DNA of 58,052 nucleotides, taken from Candidatus Woesearchaeota archaeon. Its GTDB lineage: Archaea; Nanobdellota; Nanobdellia; Woesearchaeales; ARS49. This document shows positions 1 to 7,950 of the stretch, in pieces. Position 1 is the stretch's first letter, and each line of letters opens with the position of its first letter. The position numbers were made by a program, and so were the translations under genes. The stretch covers positions 1 through 58,052 of the forward strand of contig NYZT01000001.1 of the NCBI GenBank assembly GCA_002687275.1, in the 5' to 3' direction. The notes beneath the pieces are model-generated. The model did no database searches. It was not told the origin of the DNA and saw only the letters and a list, made by a program, of their open reading frames with translations.

Positions 1-99
1 ATCAATCTCAGGATGAGAATCAATAGGCCAATCACCAGGATCAGCAGACGCCACTACATCAATCTCAGGATGAGGCTCAATAGGCAAATCACCAGGATC
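1..99 (-). repeat. Tandem 57-nt (19-aa) coding repeat inside the partial secreted protein
   Basis: atcaatctcaggatgaG(a/g)(a/c)tcaataggc(c/a)aatcaccaggatc occurs at 1-42 and 58-99. The period is 57 nt. Confidence 0.7.
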
Positions 100-471
100 G
101 CAACTTCCGTCACCGCAGTCACTGTCGCTGCAGAGATATCCATATCCTTGGTCTCCTGTATAACTATAATCGACGAACTGTTGATAATATAGACTGGGGC
201 CTTCTGAATAATCGCATTCTCTTAACCCATTGGTCGCTTTGTAAGTCTCAAGACCGTCGATGGGCACGCATGCCAAGGTATTAGTAAGGGATACGTCATC
301 AGAAGTATAGATGGCAAACTCTCCGCCCACACACCCATAGTCGCTGTAGATCTGCTGTCCTGTTGGTACGCCTTCGCCGACGAAATCCATGATGAGCAAC
401 ACGGCGAGCAACGCTATCACGATGATCACTATATTGGTAGAATTTCTGCCACTACTGGAACTCTTTGGCAT
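1..471 (-). CDS. Partial membrane-anchored or secreted Cys/Tyr/Asp-rich repeat protein; the C-terminus lies off the window
   Basis: ATG at 471-469. The frame is open to position 1, so it is absent from the ORF track. My translation, MPKSSSSGRNSTNIVIIVIALLAVLLIMDFVGEGVPTGQQIYSDYGC...DPGDLPIEPHPEIDVVASADPGDWPIDSHPEID, shows an N-terminal TM anchor and 19-aa repeats at the edge. Confidence 0.55.
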   Translation of the reverse strand, partial: MPKSSSSGRNSTNIVIIVIALLAVLLIMDFVGEGVPTGQQIYSDYGCVGGEFAIYTSDDVSLTNTLACVPIDGLETYKATNGLRECDYSEGPSLYYQQFVDYSYTGDQGYGYLCSDSDCGDGSCDPGDLPIEPHPEIDVVASADPGDWPIDSHPEID

Positions 472-730
472 ATTCGCCCACCCCTATTTGAGTATAATAG
501 CGCGGTGAAAAATCTTCCCAGTCAGAAGCTGAGGCGCATGACGCTTCCGCGAGTGGAGCGGCTATTCCTCGGCTAGTAGTATTCGCGAAACATTCTGCAT
601 ATCTAGAAAAGTGTTTTAAGGTACTAACTTCTACAAAGTTGCCCGTACGGGAACTGTTCATTTGAAGAGTCAATGTGGCTATTGCTACCGAGGCAACAAT
701 TGAAGAATGTGTGTTGTGATTATTGCTCAT
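452..730 (-). CDS. Hypothetical small protein (92 aa)
   Basis: ORF track. An AT-rich TATA-like stretch at about 750-768 lies ~25-30 nt upstream of the ATG. The ORF overlaps the downstream secreted-protein gene by 20 nt, which suggests an operon. No domain recognised. Confidence 0.4.
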   Translation of the reverse strand: MSNNHNTHSSIVASVAIATLTLQMNSSRTGNFVEVSTLKHFSRYAECFANTTSRGIAAPLAEASCASASDWEDFSPRYYTQIGVGEYAKEFQ

Positions 731-964
731 TAGAACCTCTCATCCCTCATAATATAAAAATATATGGTACGTACTGGCCACGCCCTAAGAGTCAGTAAAT
801 GAGTTTGAACGGGTTGTAGCAGGCTATTTTGGTTTACACGTCAGGGGATGGTTTGTCTGCAGTTGTAGGTTTTGGTGCGGCAGTGTTTGGCTCACCCCAT
901 AGGTGCTAGGTTTTGAGCTAGAACTGGTTTAATGTTCCCTTTCTTTCCCTGCACGCTATTACTA

Positions 965-1037
965 TAGCCCCGCGCGGAATCGAACCGCGGTCTGCCGGTC
1001 CAGAGCCGGCTGTACTTGGCCGCTATACTACGGGGCT
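965..1037 (-). tRNA. tRNA-Gln (anticodon CTG)
   Basis: The reverse complement folds as a cloverleaf: AGCCCCG|TA|GTAT|AGCGGCCAA|GTAC|A|GCCGG|CTCTGGA|CCGGC|AGAC|CGCGG|TTCGATT|CCGCG|CGGGGCT|A. It is 73 nt with no intron, no encoded CCA and an A1-U72 pair. Confidence 0.85.
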
Positions 1038-1066
1038 AGGATGATCAGAAGGATGGTGGGCGGTTT

Positions 1067-1429
1067 TTAAAGGTTTTTGAACATTGTCGGAGCTTTGTCC
1101 ATGAATGCTATCACGTTCGTGTCAATCATTCTAGAAGCGAGCAAGTACGGCCCCATTTTCTTTTTTACCTGTTCGTACCATTTGTGACCTTTGCCTGTTA
1201 ACGTTAGGTGCTTGTTTTCGTACACAATAAACTTTCGTTCTTCAAGGTTCTGCATGTTTTTGTACAAGGCGCGTTCTTGTTTTTTTGCAACCCCAGAACG
1301 CAGGGCTAACTGTATGAACGCTTGTTTGGACAGCCTCACGCTTATGGGGGCGGCAGCATACTTCCGGTCTAGTGCCTCTTGGCAGCTGCCAATGACGTAC
1401 AAGATGAATTCCTGTTCTGGCGTTGCCAC
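1067..1429 (-). CDS. Hypothetical protein, possibly a winged-helix DNA-binding protein
   Basis: 120-aa ORF with a GTG start. A TATA-like ccttaatatattc (minus sense) lies ~22-25 nt upstream. The basic helical sequence gives only a weak wHTH impression. Confidence 0.55.
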   Translation of the reverse strand: MATPEQEFILYVIGSCQEALDRKYAAAPISVRLSKQAFIQLALRSGVAKKQERALYKNMQNLEERKFIVYENKHLTLTGKGHKWYEQVKKKMGPYLLASRMIDTNVIAFMDKAPTMFKNL

Positions 1430-1460
1430 GACCTGTCTAAGGCTGTAGAATATATTAAGG

Positions 1461-1910
1461 TTAACCCGTCGGAAGCAATAAGATCACTGCCATGCCTACG
1501 GCAGCACCAAGAATTATTCCAAACACGGCGTCGACAATGTCGTGCTTGTTTTGTTTGATTCTTGCAGCAGCAACGGCTAGCACGAGTAGACCGCTCACCA
1601 CTAAAAAGTTTGGGGCGTTCAGGAAATTTCCCACAATGATTAACAACGCAGTTATTCTTGATGCGTGACCGGAAGGAAAGCTTCCTGCTTGGACCTTTTC
1701 CATCCAGTCCTTGTGCGATGTCTTGTCTGGGCGTTGCTTGAAGTGCAACAACCGCGTTATCACGGTGAGTGCAGAAACAATGATGTAAGCGATGAGTAGT
1801 TGTTTTGCCACGAACACGTTGCCGGCAAGATAGCACAGCAGGGTTACTGCAAGGAATATGGTGTGCGTGCCTAGCGAACCAAAGTCATCCAGCCATAACT
1901 GCCATTTCAT
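1461..1910 (-). CDS. PAP2-family membrane phosphatase
   Basis: Multi-TM ORF with the three PAP2 motifs: KQRPD, PSGHASR and ARIKQNKHDIVD. Confidence 0.8.
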   Translation of the reverse strand: MKWQLWLDDFGSLGTHTIFLAVTLLCYLAGNVFVAKQLLIAYIIVSALTVITRLLHFKQRPDKTSHKDWMEKVQAGSFPSGHASRITALLIIVGNFLNAPNFLVVSGLLVLAVAAARIKQNKHDIVDAVFGIILGAAVGMAVILLLPTG

Positions 1911-1955
1911 ACACTCAGGCGAGTGTTTGTGTATTAAAAGCTTACGTGTTATCTG

Positions 1956-2792
1956 CTAAAAGGTTTTCCAGTGTTTTTGCATGAGCATGGCGTCTTGCTC
2001 AATGTTTGGGCTCTCGCAGGTTACCTGACCCTTGAGTTTGAACTCGTGCCATGCCTCAAGAACCTCTTTCCACCTTGCGTCGCTTTCTTTTAGGTTTAGA
2101 TGGTTGAGCTCTCCTTTTTCTGAATAACGAATGCCGTTGTAGTGGATGTGCATGTTAGCTAAGGCTTCTTTGCCCAGCCTCTTCTCCACTAGCGATAGGA
2201 CGTCCAGCACCTCTTGCTTGGTGTTGAACTTTCCGTTGCTTCGGGCATGTAAGTGTGCAAAGTCGATGCAGGGAAGCACGCCTTCTATCTCTGCAGACAT
2301 GTTGATGAGCTCGTTTAGCTCTCCAAACTGGCTGCCCTTACCAGTGGTCTCTGGCCGTATCCAGATGTTCACGCCCTCCTTCTTGAGCGTCTTTGCGATG
2401 TCCCGGACCTCGGCAGTTATGGTCTTGTACACCTTCTTGGGATCTTGTTTTTGGTAGAACCCTGGGTGGAAGCAGCAGCTCCACGCGCCGCATAGCGCGC
2501 TCATCCTTGCGCTGTTGAGTATGCGGTCCTTGCTTGCCCTGAGTTTTTTCTTGTCATCCGAGTTGAGGTTGATGAAGTAGGGAGCGTGGCAGGTCAGCGA
2601 GACGTCATGAGCTTCTGCTGATTTCTTAACTAAGGGTGCTTTTTCTTTGGTGACAAAGATGCTTCTGACAAATTCTAACTCCATGCCCTCCAGGCCTAGC
2701 TTGCGAACTGTGGCGAGACCGTTATGCGTGTCTCTAGGCTTTGTACACAAAGGAATGCCTGCACTGCCAAAGCGTAGGGTGGTGGGTTTCAT
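1956..2792 (-). CDS. nfo: Endonuclease IV-like AP endonuclease (xylose-isomerase-like TIM barrel)
   Basis: Motifs CHAPYFINLNS, IWIRPETTGKGSQFG, CIDFAHLHA and HIHYNG resemble the Endo IV metal-binding blocks. The ATG overlaps the upstream stop as ATGA at 2789-2792. Confidence 0.7.
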   Translation of the reverse strand: MKPTTLRFGSAGIPLCTKPRDTHNGLATVRKLGLEGMELEFVRSIFVTKEKAPLVKKSAEAHDVSLTCHAPYFINLNSDDKKKLRASKDRILNSARMSALCGAWSCCFHPGFYQKQDPKKVYKTITAEVRDIAKTLKKEGVNIWIRPETTGKGSQFGELNELINMSAEIEGVLPCIDFAHLHARSNGKFNTKQEVLDVLSLVEKRLGKEALANMHIHYNGIRYSEKGELNHLNLKESDARWKEVLEAWHEFKLKGQVTCESPNIEQDAMLMQKHWKTF

Positions 2793-4606
2793 AGGTTCTT
2801 AACAATCTCTAATAATTCTTCGTGATCGTGTATGGTGTGGTCGGCTTTGCCTGTGGCGCCTCCGAACTCTACGGTTAGGGCGCCGTCTTGGTGGGGCAGG
2901 CTGAGGTCCTTGTCGTAATTATCTCCAACAACGATGCATTCTCTCGGCGTGACGTCCAGTTGTTTGCAAATGGTGTCAAAATATGCTTTGTCTGGTTTCA
3001 TCTTTCCTATCTGGTCAGAGGTGATGATGAGGTCAAAGAATCCTGTCATGCCTAGCTTCATGAGCTTTGCCTTGGTTGTCTCTTCCGGATCCTCAGTCAT
3101 GACTGCTAGTTTGAAAGGTTTGAGCTCGGTCAGGGCGTCTTGGATGCCCGGGGTTGGACGCAGTAGGTCTGTGAGCTTTTGGAGGAATGCTTTGTAGGCC
3201 CCTTCTATGTCTTTGATATTATGGCGGGTGGCTAGCAAGCGCAGGCTGTGGAAGCGATGCCTTTTTTTGGGGTCTGTGCTTGTCTGGAGCTCTTGGACAA
3301 ACCTCTCTCGCCATTCTTGGTGGAGTTCTTCTGCAGTCTTGTCGCATTGTTTTGCTAGGTACTCCATGGCGGCCATGTCGCTTTCTTTCACCACCAAGCC
3401 GGTGAGGTACAAGGTATCATCTGCATCGAAAATGACTGCTCGGAGTATCTTGTCCTTGTCTATGTGTTCTTTGATGTTTCTTCCAGGATACACCACTTTT
3501 GCGGGCTTGGAGTGCAGGTTAGGTTGGATGATGACGTCTTTGCCGGTCATGAGCCCGAGTTTTTCCATGGGGGGCTTTTCGTCCTTGTCCTTGACAAACA
3601 CGGTTGCATCCTTAACGTTGTCTTTGGTTTCTACTTCATCCCCTATCTTGTTGTTCTCTCCGATAACACTGTTGGCGATGACACATCGTAGCCCTACCTG
3701 GCTGTCCTTCATGATGACGCTTCCTTCCACTAGCGTTCCATCCCTGACCACACCATCAACGCTGGAATAGTTCGTCACAACGGCGTTTTTTCCTATCACC
3801 GCGCCTCTGGCAACGTAGCAGGTCTCGTCCACTTTTGCTGTGGGGTCAACGCTGCCTTCGATCTTGCCACCAAAGCGTTCTAGCAAGAGTTTGTTTGTCA
3901 GTAGTACGTCCCAGGGCTTGCCCAGGTCGGTTCTTTTTCCGTTGTACACCCAGTGCGTTAGCTTTCCGCCCTCTCTGAGAACGTATTCTTGAGGCACGAC
4001 TTCCTTCTTCCCCTTGTACAACTTGTCTTTCTTTAGTCCGGTAAGGAATTTTTCTGTGCGTAGGATACCAATACCTACAACGGCAAGGTTGGAGGGAGGG
4101 TTTTGCGGTTTTTCCACGATTTCTATAACCCGGTCATTCTGCAGTCTAGCGATGCCGTACCTTGAAGGATCGCCCACCTCCCTTAACGTTAGCACGCCGT
4201 CTGAGTCGTCCTCAAACACGTCAAGCATGGGCTTGACCAGGTCTTGCTCGTGCATGCTGTCAGCATACTTGAACAGTATGAATTCTTCATCCTGGATCAG
4301 GCGTTCTGCGGTTTGTATGGCATCGCTGGGCCCTAGTTGTTGGTCCTGGATGACTATCGCTATTCGCATGTCAGGGTACGCTTGTTTTGTTGAATTAGCT
4401 ATCTCCATGGCGTTGTCTCTATTGCAAACTATGACGACATCGTTGATGTCGTTGTCTTTGAAATCATCCAAGTGATAGAACAATAATGGCTTGCCTAGAA
4501 AGGGCGTGAGCACTTTTGACTTTGTCAGCGAGTACGGCTTAAACCTTGTCCCAGAACCTGCAGCAACAAGCACGGCTTTCATAACGTGATTTCGTCTGAG
4601 CAGCAT
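2789..4606 (-). CDS. Fusion protein: sugar-1-phosphate nucleotidyltransferase plus left-handed beta-helix plus C-terminal HAD phosphatase
   Basis: N-terminus KAVLVAAGSGTRFKPYSLTKSKVL carries the NTP-transferase G-loop. The central part has hexapeptide-like repeats (VIGKNAVVTNYSSVDGVVRDGTLVEGSVIMKDSQVG). The C-terminus has HAD motifs IFDADDTLY and VVGDNYDKD. An alternative ATG at 4582 (MKAVLV...) is possible. Confidence 0.8.
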   Translation of the reverse strand: MLLRRNHVMKAVLVAAGSGTRFKPYSLTKSKVLTPFLGKPLLFYHLDDFKDNDINDVVIVCNRDNAMEIANSTKQAYPDMRIAIVIQDQQLGPSDAIQTAERLIQDEEFILFKYADSMHEQDLVKPMLDVFEDDSDGVLTLREVGDPSRYGIARLQNDRVIEIVEKPQNPPSNLAVVGIGILRTEKFLTGLKKDKLYKGKKEVVPQEYVLREGGKLTHWVYNGKRTDLGKPWDVLLTNKLLLERFGGKIEGSVDPTAKVDETCYVARGAVIGKNAVVTNYSSVDGVVRDGTLVEGSVIMKDSQVGLRCVIANSVIGENNKIGDEVETKDNVKDATVFVKDKDEKPPMEKLGLMTGKDVIIQPNLHSKPAKVVYPGRNIKEHIDKDKILRAVIFDADDTLYLTGLVVKESDMAAMEYLAKQCDKTAEELHQEWRERFVQELQTSTDPKKRHRFHSLRLLATRHNIKDIEGAYKAFLQKLTDLLRPTPGIQDALTELKPFKLAVMTEDPEETTKAKLMKLGMTGFFDLIITSDQIGKMKPDKAYFDTICKQLDVTPRECIVVGDNYDKDLSLPHQDGALTVEFGGATGKADHTIHDHEELLEIVKNL

Positions 4607-4668
4607 AAAAAGGTAGTGGTCGTGAGTTACTGCATCGCCTTTTTAAATCATCACCAACTAGTAACAGG

Positions 4669-5757
4669 ATGGGTAGAAGACAAAAGTATAAAAAAGTAGT
4701 CGCCAGGCCAAAGTGGCCCTGGGTGATTGCAGGCGCAGTTCTTGTAGGTGGCACTTGCTTGCTAATGCAGGAGTCTCCAAAACCAACCTCTGATACTACA
4801 ACTTCTACCACAACGTCTACCTCTATCCCACCACGCCCCGCCATTCCCATGAACAAGCTCCCGTTTAGCACGTTTATGGAGAGGTACCTACGAAACAGCG
4901 CAGGAGCATGGTTTTTCCACGAGAACTTTTCCAAAAAAACCTCAGAGCCCGAGAGCGTTTATGGCCCCTTAGACGTCGAGCTTAGAAAAAAGACAGGTCA
5001 CCCTATCCAGATTCGCAGTAGAGAATTCCGCAGGGGGAAAAAGTTCATGGCCATCACGCCAGATAGACTTGCATGGAAAGAATATCAAGACCGTATGGAG
5101 CAGGTAGTAGAAAGTCTGTTTCGTAGCGCAGGTTTTTCCTCAAGAATTCCTACCATAGAATGCATCTGTCTTAGGGAAGACACCGTGCTTGAATCTCCCA
5201 CACCTGAGAGAGTCCCCTTGTACTTCGTAGGAGACACCAAAGAAGGGCTGCACGCGCATTATGAAATTATCGATCATACCGGGCCTAGATCTGCAGATTT
5301 TAGCGAAGGAAACTCACAAGAAGCAGGAGCGATAGATATAGATTTTAGAATCCAGGGCGACAGACTCGTCATGACCACCAAACCCGTACTCATAAGCTGG
5401 AACAACGGAACAGTCCAAGCCTACGTTTCAGGCCCTTGTGAGACCCTACATGCCGCTCTCGGCCCAGAACGCATAATAGCGGTTAAAAGGTCCCTTGACG
5501 GAGGCAACCCTCTTCAGAGGTCTGCTGACGCCGCCATTCTTGAAGAAGAAGGATTCATCCACGCCGCACTTCATATGTGGCTGCAGTCAAAAGAAGAAAA
5601 AGAAGGGCTGCACCCGCATGACGTGAATAAACAAATAAGAATCCAACAGGCAGGACCCTATCGCCGCGTTCCGGACTGGGCGAAATTTATGGAAAAAAAC
5701 GGGATGGAAGAGGCCCACCGCCAATACCGTAGCCACCAAAAACTGGAGCAACCATAG
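4669..5757 (+). CDS. Hypothetical membrane-anchored protein with a Thr/Ser-rich linker
   Basis: 362-aa ORF with a TATA-like tttttaaatc ~25 nt upstream. It has an N-terminal TM (WPWVIAGAVLVGGTCLLM) followed by TTTSTTTSTS. No domain recognised. Confidence 0.6.
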   Translation: MGRRQKYKKVVARPKWPWVIAGAVLVGGTCLLMQESPKPTSDTTTSTTTSTSIPPRPAIPMNKLPFSTFMERYLRNSAGAWFFHENFSKKTSEPESVYGPLDVELRKKTGHPIQIRSREFRRGKKFMAITPDRLAWKEYQDRMEQVVESLFRSAGFSSRIPTIECICLREDTVLESPTPERVPLYFVGDTKEGLHAHYEIIDHTGPRSADFSEGNSQEAGAIDIDFRIQGDRLVMTTKPVLISWNNGTVQAYVSGPCETLHAALGPERIIAVKRSLDGGNPLQRSADAAILEEEGFIHAALHMWLQSKEEKEGLHPHDVNKQIRIQQAGPYRRVPDWAKFMEKNGMEEAHRQYRSHQKLEQP

Positions 5758-5788
5758 CCTTTTTAAGTCTGCGAGGTCTTTGTATCCT

Positions 5789-6193
5789 ATGCAATTTGAG
5801 TTCCTAGAGCACACCGCAGACGTCAAGTTCCGTTGTTACGGAAAGACGCTAGCAGAGGTGTTCGAAAACGTTTCTAGAGCGCTAAGCCATCACACTAACA
5901 GAGGCGAGGCTGTCAAAACAACACAAACAAAAGAGCTCAGCGTGGAAGGCACAGACCACCAAAACCTCTTATACAACTTCATCGATGAGATTCTGTACCT
6001 GTTAGACGCAGAAAACTTCCTCGTGGCAGAAGCAAGCGTAAGCATCGAAGGAAACAACCTCAAAGCAACCCTCAAGGGGGATGACAGCAAAGGGTATGAT
6101 AATTTAGACCACATCAAGGCAGCAACCTACGCAGAGATGTACGTGAAACAAACAAGCAAAGGCTGGGAAGCCCAAGCAGTGGTGGATGTTTGA
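5789..6193 (+). CDS. Archease (RtcB activator/chaperone family)
   Basis: MQFEFLEHTADVKFRCYGKTLAEVFEN is a typical archease N-terminus. The track start at 5780 is TTG; the ATG at 5789 lies ~26 nt from the TATA-like box at ~5757-5768. Confidence 0.85.
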   Translation: MQFEFLEHTADVKFRCYGKTLAEVFENVSRALSHHTNRGEAVKTTQTKELSVEGTDHQNLLYNFIDEILYLLDAENFLVAEASVSIEGNNLKATLKGDDSKGYDNLDHIKAATYAEMYVKQTSKGWEAQAVVDV

Positions 6194-6273
6194 GAAGGGA
6201 TGAGCATTTTGTAGAGGATGCAAGGACGCAACTCTCGGGAGTGCGGCAGGCGTGGGATTGGGGCGCCCTGGTC

Positions 6274-6753
6274 ATGACAGACGAGAAGCCCTTTCCCCTA
6301 ATTCTTGACTGCTTGATCCAAGAACTACAAGGATTGCCCTGGAATGACGAGGTTGGCAAGACCTATCTCATGCGCGCTGACGCAAAAAACGTGGTAGATG
6401 ACCTTATAGCATACCTCCAACGACAGCAAACAGCCCTAAAGGAGGGAGGAGACTGGGACACGAGCGCGGAAGACGTGGAGTGGCTGTTCAAAGGAGACAG
6501 AGAAGTGTTCAAAAACTACATATTCAAAAGACACCGCATGCAAGGCATAGGCTACAACCTTGACCTGTCGGTCACGTTTGATAGAAAGGTCCCAGACAAA
6601 CAGACACCTTGCGGTTTCATACTCGAACGCAGGCGCATCGACTCCAGAGATGGCTTTTCAGCCCACCATGACGGGTTCATCACGCTGCATCTGGGGGGCT
6701 ACATCAAGGTAGACTGGTCCCAAATGGCCTTCCGCGCCCATGAATCCTTCTAG
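6274..6753 (+). CDS. Hypothetical protein
   Basis: The ORF-track frame 6190-6753 begins at TTG, overlapping the archease stop. The first ATG is at 6274 (MTDEKPFP...). No domain recognised. Confidence 0.5.
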   Translation: MTDEKPFPLILDCLIQELQGLPWNDEVGKTYLMRADAKNVVDDLIAYLQRQQTALKEGGDWDTSAEDVEWLFKGDREVFKNYIFKRHRMQGIGYNLDLSVTFDRKVPDKQTPCGFILERRRIDSRDGFSAHHDGFITLHLGGYIKVDWSQMAFRAHESF

Positions 6754-6791
6754 TCCGATCACTTTATAAGCCATCCCCGCCTAATATTTCT

Positions 6792-7814
6792 ATGCCAAAC
6801 GCTCATTTCGCAAGCGATAATGCAGCTCCTGTTGACCCCATCATTTGGACACGAATGGGGAACATAAACAAGGGCTACTCTCTTGCTTACGGAGACGACG
6901 AAGTAACCCGAGAGGCACTTGATCAATTCCAACAGGTTTTTGGCGTAGAAACCAGCACCTACATGGTGTTTGGGGGCACAGGAGCCAACGTGCTCAGCCT
7001 CCAAGCCATGCTACAACCGCATGAGGCAGTGATTTGTGCGCAAAACGCCCACATCAACCTTGATGAGTGCGGCGCTCCGGAAAAAATTGTTGGATGCAAG
7101 CTCATCCCTCTGGAAACGCCAGATGGCAAACTAACACAAGACATGGTCCGCCCTCACTTTGACGCAAGAGGAGATGAACATGCAGCCCAACCCAAAGTGG
7201 TAAGCATCACCCAGCCCACAGAATACGGCACGGTCTACACCCTAGACGAGCTCACGGCACTAGCCGATGAGGTACACAAAGCCGAAGGATTACTGCACAT
7301 GGACGGTGCCAGATTGTACAACGCCGCCATCCATCTTGATTGCTCGCTAGAACAAGCGAGCTATGGGCCAGACATGCTCTCCCTTGGCGGAACAAAAAAC
7401 GGTATGATGTATGGAGAGGCCGTCGTCGTGCTGAACTCGGACCTGGATGAGAACATGAAATTCCTGCGCAAGCAAACCACCCAGCTACCCTCCAAAATGA
7501 AGTACATAGCAGTCCAGTTCACCAACATGCTCAACCCATGCTGGTACCCGAACGCAACCAACGCAAACCAGACTGCGAGCCTGCTTGCAGAGAAGATACA
7601 AAACATTTCTGAAATTGAAATCTCACAACCCGTCCAAACAAACGCAATATTTGCGCACATGCCCTCCCCCAAATCAATAGCAAAGTTACAAGAAAAGTAT
7701 GATTTCTACGTTTGGGAGGAAGCATTCAGCGAGGTCCGCTGGATGACCAACTGGAGCACCACCGAAGAAGACGTAACCACGTTCGCTGCAGCAATTCGCG
7801 AATCCGTGGCGTGA
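6792..7814 (+). CDS. ltaE: Low-specificity L-threonine aldolase (PLP-dependent, beta-eliminating lyase family)
   Basis: 340 aa. The N-terminus FASDNAAPVDP and the PLP-lysine block LSLGGTKNGMMYGEAVV are typical of threonine aldolases. Confidence 0.8.
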   Translation: MPNAHFASDNAAPVDPIIWTRMGNINKGYSLAYGDDEVTREALDQFQQVFGVETSTYMVFGGTGANVLSLQAMLQPHEAVICAQNAHINLDECGAPEKIVGCKLIPLETPDGKLTQDMVRPHFDARGDEHAAQPKVVSITQPTEYGTVYTLDELTALADEVHKAEGLLHMDGARLYNAAIHLDCSLEQASYGPDMLSLGGTKNGMMYGEAVVVLNSDLDENMKFLRKQTTQLPSKMKYIAVQFTNMLNPCWYPNATNANQTASLLAEKIQNISEIEISQPVQTNAIFAHMPSPKSIAKLQEKYDFYVWEEAFSEVRWMTNWSTTEEDVTTFAAAIRESVA

Positions 7815-7834
7815 AGATTTCCTATCGGAAGATT

Positions 7835-7925
7835 TCCGAAAAATCCGGAAGAAGCCACTGGACATTCCGGAAGATTTCCGTGACTAAACCAAGCCACCGG
7901 ACATGGACGCGTGAAGCTTATAAGG
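7835..7925 (+). promoter_or_regulatory. Copy A of a ~92-nt promoter-proximal repeat ending in the rtcB TATA box
   Basis: 54 nt (7835-7888) are identical to 56266-56319, and the whole element is ~92% identical to 56266-56357. It contains TCCGGAAGA motifs, two AGCCACYGGACAT boxes (7853-7865 and 7892-7904) and ttataagg (7918-7925). Confidence 0.7.
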
Positions 7926-7950
7926 GTTAAAACTATTGTGTAATGAAACC

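Noticed and set aside
7706-7930. ORFs 7712-7930 (+) and 7706-7897 (-) spanning the ltaE 3' end and the intergenic repeat
   Set aside because: They overlap the threonine aldolase C-terminus and run through the promoter repeat. Their products are Arg/Ser-rich with no features. The repeat is better explained as regulatory DNA.
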